Part shown: piece by piece, positions 30,416 through 44,645 of the stretch
How the letters are laid out: each line of letters begins with the position of its first letter
Numbering within the stretch: the first letter of the stretch is position 1
Origin: the human T2T-CHM13v2.0 reference genome, Homo sapiens
NCBI RefSeq assembly: GCF_009914755.1
Contig: NC_060933.1
Length of the DNA: 64,000 nucleotides
Direction: 5' to 3' (one strand)
The notes under the pieces: model-generated
The model's input: only the letters and a program-made list of their open reading frames with translations
Databases searched by the model: none
What the model was told of the DNA's origin: nothing
Position numbers and translations under genes: made by a program

Positions 30416-32520
30416 ATTCCATTCCATTCCATTCCCCTGCACTCGCGTTGATTCCATTCCATTCCATTCCATTCCATTCCATTCCGTTCCGTTCCGTTCC
30501 GTTCCATTCCATTCCATTCCATTCCATTCCGTTCCGTTCCATTCCATTCCATTCCATTCTATTCGGGTTAATTCCATTCCATGCCATTCGATTGCAATCA
30601 AATTGATTCCATTCTATTTCATTCCATTCCATTCCATTCCATTCCATTCCTTTCCATTCCATTACGGATGATTCCATTCCATTGCATTCCATTCCATTCC
30701 ATTCCCCTGTACTCCGGTTGATTCCATTCCATTCCATTCCAATCCATGCCATTCCACTCGTGTTGATTCCATTCTTTCCATTCCATTCAAGTTGAATCCA
30801 TTCCATTGCATTCCATTCCATTCGATTCCATTCGATTGCACTCGGGTTGATTCCATTCCATTGCATTCCATTCGATTCCATTCCATTCCATTCCATTCCA
30901 TTCCGTTCCATTCCATTCCATTACATTCGGATTGATTCTATTCAATTCCCTTACACTCCATTACATTCCATTCCATTCGGGTAGTTTCCATTCCATTCTA
31001 TTCCTCTCCATTCCATTGCACTCGGGTTGATTCCATTCCATTGCATTCCATTCCATTCCATTCAATTCCATTCAGTTCCATTCCATTCCATTACATTCGG
31101 ATTGATTCTATTCAACTCCCTTACTCTCCATTAAATTCCATTCCATTCGGGTTGTTCCATTCCATTCCATTACATTCCACTCCATTCCATTGCACTCGGG
31201 TTTATTCCATTCAATTCCATTCCATTCCATTCCATTCCATTCCGGAAGATTCCATTCCATTGCATTCCATTCCATTCCATTCCCCTGCACTCGCGTTGAT
31301 TCCATTCCATTCCATTCCATTCCATTCCATTCCATTCCATTCCATTCCTTTCCATTCCATTCCATTCCATTCCGTTCCGTTCCGTTCCGTTCCGTTCCGT
31401 TCCGTTCCATTCCATTCCATTCCATTCTATTCGGGTTAATTCCATTCCATTCCATTCGATTGCAATCGAGTTCATTCCATTCCATTCCATTCCATTCCAT
31501 TCCATTCCTTTCCATTCCATTACGGATGATTCCATTCCATTGCATTCCATTCCATTCCATTCCCCTGTACTCGGGTTGATTCCATTCCATTCCATTCCAA
31601 TCCATGCCATTCCACTCGTGTTGATTCGATTCTTTGCATTCCATTCAAGTTGAATCCATTCCATTGCATTCCATTCCATTCGATTCCATTCAATTGCACT
31701 CGGGTTGATTCCATTACATTGCATTCCATTCCATTCCATTCCATTCCATTCCATTCCATTCCGTTCCATTCCATTCCATTACATTCGGATTGATTCTATT
31801 CAATTCCCTTACACTCCATTACATTCCATTCCATTCGGGTAGTTTCCATTCCATTCCATTCCATTCCTCTCCATTCCATTGCTCTCGGGTTGATTCCATT
31901 CCATTGCATTCCATTCCATTCCATTCAATTCCATTCCGTTCCATTCCATTCCATTACATTCGGATTGATTCTATTCAACTCCCTTACTCTCCATTACATT
32001 CCGTTCCATTCGGGTTGTTCCATTCCATTCCATTCCATTCCACTCCATTCCACTGCACTCGGGTTGATTCCATTCCATTCCATTCCATTCCATTCCATTC
32101 CGGAAGATTCCATTCTATTGTATTCCATTCCATTCCATTCCCCTGCACTCGCGTTGATTCCATTCCATTCCATTCTATTCCATTCCATTCCCTTCCTTTC
32201 CGTTCCATTCCATTCCATTCCATTCCGTTCCGTTCCGTTCCATTCCATTCCTTTCCATTCTATTTGGGTTAATTCCATTCCATTCCATTCGATTGCAATC
32301 GAGTTGATTCTATTCCATTCCATTCCATTCCATTCCATTCCATTCCATTCCATTCCTTTCCATTCCATTACGGATGATTCCATTCCATTGCATTCCATTC
32401 CATTCCATTCCCCTGTACTCGGGTTGACTCCATTCCATTCCATTCCAATCCATGCCATTCCACTCGTGTTGATTCCATTCTTTCCATTCCATTCAAGTTG
32501 AATCCATTCCATTGCATTCC
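30391..32520 (-). repeat. ~2.5 tandem copies of an ~850-860-bp higher-order unit
   Basis: ATTCCGGAAGATTCC at 30391, 31239 and 32097. AAGTTG at ~30789, ~31647 and ~32495. Confidence 0.8.
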
Positions 32521-32600
32521 ATTCCATTCCATTCCCCTGCAGTAGGGTTGATTCCATTCCATTCCATTCCATTCCATTCCGGATGATTCCATTCCACTGC

Positions 32601-35600
32601 CTTCCATTCCACTCCATTCCCCTGCACTCGGGTTGATTCCATTCCATTCCATTCCATTCCATTCGATTCCATTCCATTCCATTTCGTTCCATTCCACTCT
32701 ATTCCGTACCATTCCATTCCATTCCTTTCCATTCCAATCCACGCTATTCCACTCGGGTTGATTCCATTCCTTTCCATTCCATTCGAGTTGAATCCATTCC
32801 ATTCCTTTCCGTTCCATTCCATTCCATTCCTTTCCATTTCGTTCCATTCCATTCTATTCCGTACCATTCCATTCCATTCCATTCCATTCCATTCCATTCC
32901 ATTCCATTCCGTTCCATTCCATTCCATGCCATTCCACTCGGGTTGATTCCATTGCTTTCCATTCCATTTGGGTTGAATCCATTCCATTCCATTCCATTCC
33001 ATTCCATTCCATTCCATTGCACTAGGTTTGATTCCATTCCACTGCATTCCATTCCATTCCATTCCATTCCGTTCCATTCCATTGCATTACATTCGGATTG
33101 ATTGTATTCAATTCCCTTACACTCCATTTCATTCCATTCCATTCGGGTTGTTTCCATACCATTCCATTCCATTCTATTCCATTTCGTTCCATTCCATTCT
33201 ATTCGGTACCATTCCATTCCATTCCATACCATTCCATTCCATGCCATTCCACTTGGGTTGATTCCCTTCCTTTCCATTCCATTCGGGTTGAATCCATTCC
33301 ATTCCATTCCATTCCATTCCATTCCATTCCATTCCATTCCATTCCTTTCCATTCCATTGCACACGGGTTGATTCCATTCCATTCCTTTCTGTTCCATTCC
33401 GGATGACTCCATTCCATTGCATTCCATTCCATTCCATTCCCCTGCCCTCGGGTTCATTACATTCCATTCCATTTACTTCCATTCCATTCCATTCCATTCA
33501 ATTCCATTCTATTCGGGTTAATTCCATTCCATTCCATTCCATTCCATTCCATTCCATTCCATTCCATTGCATTCCATTGCATTCCATTGCAATCGAGTTG
33601 ACTCCATTCCATTCCATTCAATTCCGGATGATTCCATTCCATTGCCTTCAATTCCATTCCATTCCCCTGCACTCGGGTTGATTCCATTCCATTCCATTCC
33701 ATTCCATTCCATTCCATTTCATTCCATTCCATTTCGTTCCATTGCATTCTTTTCCGTTCCATTCCATTCCATTCCATTCCATTACATTCCATTCCATTCC
33801 ATTCCTTTCCATTCTATTCGGGTTAATTCCATTCCATTCCATTCCATTCCATTCCTTTCCATTCCGTTCCATTCAATTCCATTACATTCGGATTGATTCT
33901 TTTTAATTCCCTTACACTCCATTACATTCTATTCCATTCGGGTAGTTTCCATACCATTCCATTCCATTCCACTGCATTCTATTGCACTCGGGTTGATTGA
34001 TTCCATTCCATTGCATTCCATTCCATTCCATTCCATTGGGGATGATTCCATTCCATTGCATTCCATTGCATTCCATTCCCCTGTACTCGGGTTGATCCCA
34101 TTCCATTGCATTCCATTCCATTCCATTGCATTCCATTCCGTTCCATTCCATTCCATTACATTCGTATTGATTCTATTCAATTCCCTTACTCTCCATTACA
34201 TTCCATTCCATTCGTGTTGTTTCCATTCCATTCCATTCCATTCCACTCCATTCCATTGCAATCGGGTTGATTCCATTCCATTCCATTGCATTCCATTCCA
34301 TTCCATTCCATTCCGTATGATTCCATTCCATTGCATTCCATTCCATTCCATTCCCCTGCACTCGGGTGGATTCCATTCTATTCCATTCCATTCCATTCCA
34401 TTCCACTCCATTCCATTCCATTCTATTCGGGTTAATTTCATTCCATTCCATTCCATTCCCTTCCATTGCATTCCATTCCATTCCATTCCATTCCATTGAA
34501 ATCGAGTTGATTCCATTCCATTCCATTCCATTCCATTCCATTCCATTCTATTCGGGTTAATTCCATTCCATTCCATTCCATTCCATTCCCTTCCATTCCA
34601 TTCTATTCCATTCCATTCCATTCCATTCCATTCTAGTAGGGTTAATTCCATTCCATTCCATTCCATTCCATTCCATTCCATTCCATTCCATTCCATTGCA
34701 ATCGAGTTGATTCCATTCCATTCCATTCCATTCCATTCCATTCCATTCAATTCCATTGAACTCGGGTTGATTCCATTCCATTCCATGCCATTCCGTTTCA
34801 TTCCATTCCATTCCATTCCATTCCATTCCATTCCTTTCCGTTCTATTCAATTACATTCGGATTGATTCTATTCAATTCCCTTACACTCCAATACATTCTA
34901 TTCCATTCTTGTTGTTTCCATTCTATTCCATTCCATTCCACTCCATTCCATTGCACTCTGGTTGATTCCATTCCATTCCCTTCCATTCCGTATGACTCCA
35001 TTCCATTTCATTCCATTGCATTGCTTTCCCCTGCACTCGAGTTGATTACATTCCATTCCATTCCCTTCCTTTCCGTTCCATTCCATTCTATTCGGGTTAA
35101 TTCCATTCCATTCCATTACATTCCATTCCCTTCCATTCCATTCCATTCCATTGCAATCGAGTTGATTCCATTCCATTCCATTCCATTCCATTCCGTTGCA
35201 TTCCATTCCATTACATTCGGATTGATTCTTTTTAATTCCCTTACACTCCATTCCATTCCATTCCATTCGGGTACTTTCCATTCCATTCCATTCCATTCCA
35301 CTGCATTCTATTGCACTCGGGTTCATTGATTCCATTCCATTGCATTCCATTCCATTCCATTCCCCTGCACTCGGGTTGATCCCATTTCATTGCATTCCAT
35401 TCCATTCCATTCCATTCCATTCCATTCCATTCCGTTCCATTCTATTCCATTCCATTCTGTTCAGGTTAATTCCATTCCATTCCATTTCCTTTCATTCCGT
35501 TTCATTCCATTCCATTCAATTCTGTTCAGGTTAATTCCATTCCATTCCATTCCCTTCCATTCCATTCCATTCCATTCCATCCCATTGCAATCTAGTTGAT

Positions 35601-38600
35601 TCCATTGCATTCCATTCCATTCCATTCCATTCCATTGCATTCCATTCCATTCCATTCACCTGCACTCAGATTGATTCCATTCCATCCCATTCCATTCCAT
35701 TCCGTTCCATTACATTCCATTCCATTCTATTCGCGTTAATTCCATTCCATTCCATTCCATTACATTCCATTGCAATCGAGTTGATTTCATTCCATTCCGT
35801 TCCATTCCATTCCATTCCATTCCATTTCGTTCCATTCCATTTTATTCTGTACCATTCCATTCAATTCCATTCCATTCCATTCCATTCCATGCCATTCCAC
35901 TCGGGTTGATTCCATTGCTTTCCATTCCATTTGGGTTGAATCCAATCCATTCCATTCCATTCCATTCCATTCCATTCCATTCCATTCCATTGCACTAGGT
36001 TTGATTACATTCCACGGCATTCCATTCCATTCCATTCCGTTCCATTCCATTCCATTACATTCGGATTGATTGTATTCAATTCCCTTACACTCCATTACAT
36101 TCCATTCCATTCGGGTTGTTTCCATTCCATTTCATTCCATTCCACTCCATTCCATTGCACTCAGGTTGATTCCATTCCATTGCATTCCATTCCATTCCAT
36201 TTCGTTCCATTCCATTCTATTCCGTACCATTCCATTCAATTCCATTCCATTCCATGCCATTCCACTCAGGTTTATTACATTCCTTTCCATTCCATTCGGG
36301 TTGAATCCATTCCATTCCATTCCCTTCCATTCCATTCCATTCCATTCCTTTGCACTCGGGTTGATTCCATTCCATTCCCTGCCATTCCATTTCATTCCAT
36401 TCCATTCCATTCCATTCCATTCCATTACATTCCATTCCGTTCCATTCCATTCCATTACATTCGGATTGATTGTATTCAATTCCCTTAAACTCCATTACAT
36501 TCCATTCCATTCGGGTTGTTTCCGTTCCATTACATTCCATTCCACTCCATTCCATTGCACTCAGGTTGATTCCATTCCATTCCATTTCGTTCCATTCCAT
36601 TCTATTCCATACTATTCCATTCCATTCCATTCCATTCCATGCCATTCCACTCGGGTTGATTCCATTCCTTTCCATTCCATTCGGGTTGAATCCATTCCAT
36701 TCCATTCCATTGCATTCCGTTCCATTCCATTCCCTTGCAATCGGGTGGATTCCATTCTATTCCATTCCATTCCATTCATTCCATTCCATTCCATTCCATT
36801 TCGTTCCATTCCATTCTATTCCGTACCTTTCCATTCCATTCCATTCCATTCCATTCCATACCATGCCATTCCACTCGGGTTGATTCCATTCCTTTCCATT
36901 CCATTCTAGTTGAACCCATTCCATTGCATTCCATTCCATTCGATTCCATTCAATTGCACACGGGTTCATTCCTTTCCATTCCATTCCATTCCATTCCGTT
37001 CCATTCCATTCCATTTCGTTCCATTCCATTCTATTCCGTACCATTCCCTTCCATTCCATTCCATTCCACTCCGTTCCATGCCATTCCACTCGGGTTTATT
37101 CCATTCCTTTCCATTCCATTCGGGTTGAATCCATTCCATTCCATTCCATTCCATTCCATTCCATTCCATTCCATTCCATGCCATTCCACTCGGGTTGATT
37201 CCATTCCTTTCCATTCCATTCGAGTTGAACAAATTCCATTCCATTCCATTCCATTCCATTCCATTCCATTGCTCACGGGTTCATTCCATTCCATTCCATT
37301 CCATTCCATTTCGTTCCATTCCATTCTACTCCGTACCGTTCCATTCCATTCCATTCCCTTCCATGCCATTTCACTCGGGATTATTCCTTTCCTTTCCATT
37401 CCATTCGGGTTGAATCCATTCCATTCCATTCCTTTGCATTCCATTCCATTCCATTCCCCTGTAATCGGGTGGATTCCATTCTATTCCATTCCATTGCATT
37501 CCATTCCATTCCATCCCATTCCATTCCATTTCGTTCCATTCCATTCTATTCCGTACCTTTCCATTCCATTCCATTCCATTCCATTCCATGCCATTCCACT
37601 CGGGTTGATTCCATTGCTTTCCATTCCATTTGGGTTGAATCTAATCCATTCCATTCCATTCCATTCCATTCCATTCCATTCCATTGCACTAGGTTTGATT
37701 CCATTTAACTGCATTCCATTCCATTCCATTCCATTAAATTCCATTCCACTCGGGTTGATTCCATTCCTTTCCATTCCATTCGTGTTGAATCCATTCCATT
37801 CCATTCCATTACTTTCGATTCCATTCCATTGCACTCGGGTTGAACCCATTCCATTGGATTCCATTCCATTCCATTGCATTCCATTCCGTTCCATTCCATT
37901 CCATTACATTCGTATTGATTCTATTCAATTCCCTTACACTCCATTCCATTCCATTCCATTCCATTCGGGTTGTTTCCATTCCATTCCATTCCATTCCACT
38001 CCATTCCATTGCAATCGGGTTGATTCCATTCCTTTCCATTCCATTCCATTCGGTATGATTCCATTCCATTGCATTCCATTCCATTCCATTCCCCTGCACT
38101 CGGGTGGATTCCATTCTATTCCATTCCATTCCATTCCACTCTATTCCATTCCATTCCATTCCATTCCATTCCATTCCATTCCATTCCATTCTATTCGGGT
38201 TAATTTCATTCCATTCCATTCCATTCCATTCCATTCCATTCCATTCCATTGAAATCGAGTTGATTCCATTTCATTCCATTCCATTCCATTCCATTCCATT
38301 CCATTCCATTCCATTCCATTCCATTGCATTCTATTCCGGTTAATTCCATTCCATTCCATTCCATTCCATTCCCTTCCATTCCATTCCATTCCATTCTATT
38401 AGGGTTAATTCCATTCCATTCCATTCCATTACATTCCATTGCAATCGAGTTGATTCCATTCCATTCCATTCCATTCCATTCAATTCCGGATGATTGCATT
38501 CCATTGCCTTCCATTCCATTCCATTCACCTGCACTCGGGTTGATTCCATTCCATTCCTTTCCATTCCATTCCATTCCATTCCATTCCATTCCATTCCATT

Positions 38601-41600
38601 TCGTTTCATTCCGTTCTATTCCGTACCATTCCATTCCATTCCATTCCATTTCATTCCATTCCATTCCATGCCATTCCACTCGGGTTGATTCCATTCCTTT
38701 CCATTCCATCCGACTTGAATCCATTCCATTCCATTCCATTCCATTCCATTCCATTCCATTGCACACGGTTTCATTCCATTCCAATCCATTCCTTTCCATT
38801 CCATTCCATTGCACACGGGTTCATTCCATTCCATTCCATTCCATTACATTACATTCCATTTCGTTCCATTCCATTCTATTCCGTACCATTCCATTCCATT
38901 CCATTCCATTCCATTCCACTCCATTCCATGCCATTCCACTCGGGTTTATTCCATTCCTTTCCATTCCATTCGGGTTGAATCCATTCCATTCCATTCCATT
39001 CCATTCCATTCCATTCAATTCCATTACATAGCACTCGGGTTGATTCCATTGCATTCCATTCCATTCCATTGCATTCCATTCCATTCCATTGCATTCCATT
39101 CCATGCCATTCCACTCGGGTTGATTCCATTCCTTTCCATTCCATTCGAGTTGAACCCATTCCATTCCATTCCATTCCATTCAATTCCATTCCATTGCAAT
39201 CGAATTGATTCCATTCCATTCCATTCCATTGCACTAGGTTTGATTCCATTCCACTGCATTCCATTCCATTCCATTCCATTCCATTCCGTTCCATTCCATT
39301 CCATTACATTCGGTTTGATTGTTTTCAATTCCCTTACACTCCATTTCATTCCATTCCATTCAGGTTGTTTCCATTCCATTCCAATCCATTCCACTCCATT
39401 CCATTGCACTCGGGTTGATTGCATTCCATTCCATTCCATTCTACTCCATTTCGTTCCATTCCATTCTATTCGGTAGCATTCCATTCCATTCCATTCCAAT
39501 CCATTCCATTCCATGCCATTCCACTTGGGTTGATTCCCTTCCTTTCCATTCCATTCGGGTTGAATCCATTCCATTCCATTCCATTCCATTCCATTCCATT
39601 CCATTCCTTTCAATTCCATTGCACACGGGTTGGTTCCATTCCATTCCTTTCCGTTCCATTCCGGATGACTCCATTCCATTGCATTCCATTCCATTCCATT
39701 CCCCTGCACTCGGGTTCATTACCTTCCATTCCATTTAGTTCCATTCCATTCCATTCCATTCTATTCGGGTTAATTCCATTCCATTCCATTGCATTCCATT
39801 GCATTGCATTCCATTCCATTCCATTCCATGCCATTCCATTCCATTCCATTGCAATCGAGTTGATTCCATTCCATTCCATTCAATTCCGGATGATTCCATT
39901 CCATTGCCTTCAATTCCATTCCATTCCCCTGCACTCGGTTTGATTCCATTCCATTCCATTCCATTCCATTCCATTCCATTCCATTCCATTTCGTTCCATT
40001 CCATTCTATTCCGAACCATTCCATTCTATTCCATTCCATTCCATTCCACTCCACTCCATGCCATTCCACTCGGGTTTATTCCATTCCTTTCCATTCCATT
40101 CGGGTTGAATCCATTCCATTCCATTCCATTCCATTCGATTCCATTACATTGCACTCGGGTTGATTCCATTGCATTCCATTCCATTACATTCCATTGCATT
40201 CCATTCCATTCCATTCCCCTGCACTCAGGTTGATTCCATTCGATTCCTTTCCATTCCATTCCATTCGGGTTGTTTCCATTCCATTCCATTCCATTCCACT
40301 CCATTCCATTGCAATCGGGTTGATTCCATTCCATTCCATTGCATTCCATTCCATTCCATTCCATTCCGTATGATTCCATTCCATTGCATTCCATTCCATT
40401 CCATTCCCCTGCACTCGGTTGGATTACATTCTATTCCATTCCATTCCATTCCATTCCATTCCATTCCATTCCATTCTATTCAGGTTAATTTCATTCCATT
40501 CCATTCCGTTCCCTTCCATTCCATTCCATTCCATTCCATTCCATTGAAATCGAGTTGATTCCATTCCATTCCATTCCATTCCATTCCATTCTATTCGGGT
40601 TAATTCCATTCCATTCCATTCCATTCCATTCCCTTCTATTCCATTCCATTCGATTCCATTCCATTCTATTAGGGTTAATTCCATTCCATTCCATTCCATT
40701 CCATTCCATTCCATTCCACTCCATTCCATGCCATTCCACTCGGGTTTATTCCATTCCTTTCCATTCCATTTGGGTTGAATCCATTCCATTCCATTCCATT
40801 CCATTCCATTCCATTCCATTCCATGCCATTGCACTCGGGTTGATTCCATTCCTTTCCATTCCATTCGAATTGAACCCATTCCATTCCATTCCATTCCATT
40901 CCATTCCATTCCATTCCATTCCATTGCTCACGGGTTCATTCCATTCCATTCCATTCCATTCCATTCCATTCCATTCCATTTCGTTCCATTCCATTCTACT
41001 CCGTACCATTCCATTCCATTCCATTCCCTTCCATGCCATTTCACTCGGGTTTATTCCATTCCTTTCCATTCCATTCGGGTTGAATCCATTCCATTCCATT
41101 CCATTCCATTCCATTCCATTCCATTCCATTGCGCTCGGGTTGATTCCATTCCATTCTATGCCATTCCATTTCATTCCATTCCATTCCATTCCATTCCAAT
41201 CCATTCCATTCCATTCCTTTCCTTTCAATTCCATTCCATTACATTCGGATTGATTCTTTTTAATTCCCTTACACTCCATTCCATTCCATTCCATTCGGGT
41301 ACTTTCCATTCCATTCCATTCCATTCCACTGCATTCTTTTGCACTCGCGTTGATTGATTCCATTCCATTCCATTCCATTCCATTCCATTCCATTCCATTA
41401 CATTCCATACCATTCCATTCCATTCTGTTCAGGTTAATTCCATTCCATTCCATTCCCTTCCATTCCATTCCATTCCATTCCATCCCATTGCAATCGAGGT
41501 GATTCCATTGCATTCCATTCCTTTCCATTCCATTGCACTCCATTCCATTCCATTCCCCTGCACTCAGATTGATTCCATTCCATTCCTTTCCATTCCATTC

Positions 41601-44600
41601 CTTTCCATTCCTTTCCATTCCATTCTATTTGCGTTAATTCCGTTCCATTCCATTCCATTACATTCCTTTGCAATCGAGTTGATTCCATTCCATTCCGTTC
41701 CATTCCATTCCATTCCATTCCATTCCATGCCATTCCACTCGGGTTGATTCCATTCCTTTCCATTCCATTCGAGTTGAATCCATTCCATTCCATTCCATTC
41801 CATTCGATTCCATTCCATTGCTCACGTGTTCATTCCATTCCATTCCATTCCATTCCATTCCATTCCATTTCGTTCCATTCCATTCTCTTCCATAGTATTC
41901 CATTCCATTCCATTCCAATCCATTCCATGCCATTCCACTCGGGTTTATTCCATTCCTTTCCATTCCATTCGGGTTGAATTCATTCCATTCCATTCCATTC
42001 CATTCCATTCAATTCCATTACATTGCACTCGGGTTGATTCCATTCCATTCCATTCCATTTCAATCCATTCCCTTCCATTCCATTTCATTCCATTCCATTC
42101 CATTCCATTCCATTCCATTCCATTCCTTTCCATTCCATTCCATGCCATTCCACTCGGGTTGATTCCATTCCTTTCCATTCCATTCTAGTTGAACCCATTC
42201 CATTCCATTCCATTCCATTCCATTCCATTCCATTCCATTGCACACGGGTTCATTCCATTCCATTCCATTCCATTCCATTCCATTCCATTCCATTTCGTAC
42301 CATTCCATTCTATTCCTTACCATTCCATTCCATTCCATTCCCTTCCATGCCATTTCACTCGGGTTTATTCCATTCCTTTCCATTCCATTCGGGTTGAATC
42401 CATTCCATTCCATTCCATTCCATTCCATTGAACTCAGGTTGATTCCATTCCATTCCATGCCATTCCATTTCATTCCATTCCATTCCATTCCATTCCATTC
42501 CATTCCATTCCGTTCCCTTCCATTCCATTACATTCGGATTGATTCTTTTTAATTCCCTTACACTCCATTACATTCCTTTCCATTCGGGTAATTTCCATTC
42601 CATTCCATTCCATTCCACTGAATTCTATTGCACTCGGGTTGATTGATGCCATTCCATTGCATTCCATTCCATTCCATTCCCCTGCACTCGGGTTGATCCC
42701 ATTCCATTGCATTCCATTCCATTCCATTCCATTCCATTCCGTTCCATTCCATTCCATTCCATTCTCTTCAGCTTAATTCCATTCCATTCCATTCCCTTCC
42801 ATTCCGTTCCATTCCATTCCATTCCATTCTGTTCAGGTTAATTCCATTCCATTCCATTCCCTTCCATTCCATTCCATTCCATTCCATCCCATTGCAATCT
42901 AGTTGATTCCATTGCATTCCATTCCATTCCATTCCATTCCATTGCATTCCATTCCATTCCATTCTCCTGCACTCAGATTGATTCCATTCCATCCCATTCC
43001 ATTCCATTCCGTTCCATTACATTCCATTCCATTCTATTCGCGTTAATTCCATTCCATTCCATTCCATTACATTCCATTGCAATCGAGTTGATTCCATTCC
43101 ATTCCGTTCCATTCCATTCCATTCCATTCCATTCCATTCCATTTCATTCCATTCCATTCTATTCTGTACCATTCCATTCCATTCCATTCCATTCCATTCA
43201 ATTCCATGCCATTCCACTCGGGTTGATTCCATTGCTTTCCATTCCATTTGGGTTGAATCCAATCCATTCCATTCCATTCCATTCCATTCCATTCCATTTC
43301 ATTCCATTCCATTCCATTCCATTCCATTGCACTAGGTTTGATTCCATTCCACTGCATTCCATTCCATTCCATTCCGTTCCATTCCATTCCATTACATTCG
43401 GATTGATTGTATTCAGTTCCCTTACACTCCATTACATTCCATTACATTCGGGTTGTTTCCATTCCATTACATTCCATTCCACTCCATTCCATTGCACTCA
43501 GGTTGATTCCATTCCATTCCATTCCATTCCATTCCATTACTTTCCATTCCATTCTATTCCGTACCATTCCATTCCATTCCATTCCATTCCATTCCATGCG
43601 ATTCCACTCAGGTTTATTCCATTCCTTTCCATTCCATTCGGGTTGAATCCATTCCATTCCATTCCATTCCATTCCATTCCATTCCATTCCTTTGCACTCG
43701 GGTTGATTCCATTCCATTCCCTGCCATTCCATTTCATTCCATTCCATTCCATTCCATTCCATTCCATTCCATTCCATTCCACTGCATTCTATTGCACTCG
43801 GGTTGATTGATTCCATTCCATTGCATTCCATTCCATTCCATTCCATTCCATTCCATTCTGTTCAGGTTAATTCCATTCCATTCCATTCCCTTCCATTCCA
43901 TTCCATTCCATTCCATCCCATTGCAATCGAGGTGATTCCATTGCATTCCATTCCATTCCATTCCATTGCATTCCATTCCATTGCATTCCCCTGCACTCAG
44001 ATTGATTCCATTCCATTTCTTTCCATTCCATTCCGTTCCATTCCTTTCCATTCCATTCTATTTGCGTTAATTCCGTTCCATTCCATTCCATTACATTCCT
44101 TTGCAATCGAGTTGATTCCATTCCATTCCGTTCCATTCCATTCCATTCCATTCCATGCCATTCCACTCGGGTTGATTCCATTCCTTTCCATTCCATTCGA
44201 GTTGAATCCATTCCATTCCATTCGATTCCATTCAATTGCTCACGTGTTCATTCCATTCCATTCCATTCCATTCCATTTCGTTCCATTCCATTCTCTTCCG
44301 TAATATTCCATTCCATTCCATTCCACTCCATTCCATGCCATTCCACTCGGGTTTATTCCATTCCTTTCCATTCCATTCGGGTTGAATTCATTCCATTGCA
44401 TTCCATTCCATTCCATTCAATTCCATTACATTGCACTCGGGTTGATTCCATTCCATTCCATTCCATTTCAATCCATTCCCTTCCATTCCATTTCATTCCA
44501 TTGCTTTCCATTCCATTCCATTCCATTCCATTCCATTCCATGCCATTCCACTCGGGTTGATTCCATTCCTTTCCATTCCATTCTAGTTGAACCCATTCCA

Positions 44601-44635
44601 TTCCATTCCATTCCATTCCATTCCATTGCACACGG
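32601..44635 (-). repeat. HSat3 block 2b: inverted (ATTCC on +), module type B
   Basis: Different vocabulary, read in GGAAT sense: CAAACCTAGTGC, TTCAACCCAAATGG...AAAGCAATGG, GAACCCGTGTGC/GTGAGC, ATCCACCCG, CATACGG, AATTAAAAAGAATC, GAATACAATCAATCCG, TTAACCTGAACAG. GGAATCTTCCGG and CAACTTG were not seen. Confidence 0.85.
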
Positions 44636-44645
44636 AATGGAATGG
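44625..44645. other. Strand-switch junction 2 (<ATTCC GGAAT>)
   Basis: Sequence ...CATTGCAC[ACGG]AATGGAATGG. The paralog at ~42238 reads TTGCACACGGGTTCATTCC, so the inverted block is truncated at 44635. Microhomology is 2-4 bp (GG to ACGG). Confidence 0.95.

Larger units (their letters stand above)
17447..32600 (-). repeat. HSat3 block 2a: inverted (ATTCC on +), module type A
   Basis: ATTCC orientation from 17447, with reverse complements of type-A modules (CAACTCCCTTACTCTCC, CCGGAAGATTCC, CAAGTTGAA, CCCTCCTATTCC). The right boundary is approximate (~32520-32750). Confidence 0.9.

Noticed and set aside
17438-44640. The 27-kb inverted block as a transposon with a 9-bp target-site duplication
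   Set aside because: It has no terminal inverted repeats, transposase or non-satellite sequence, and ACGGAATGG occurs hundreds of times.
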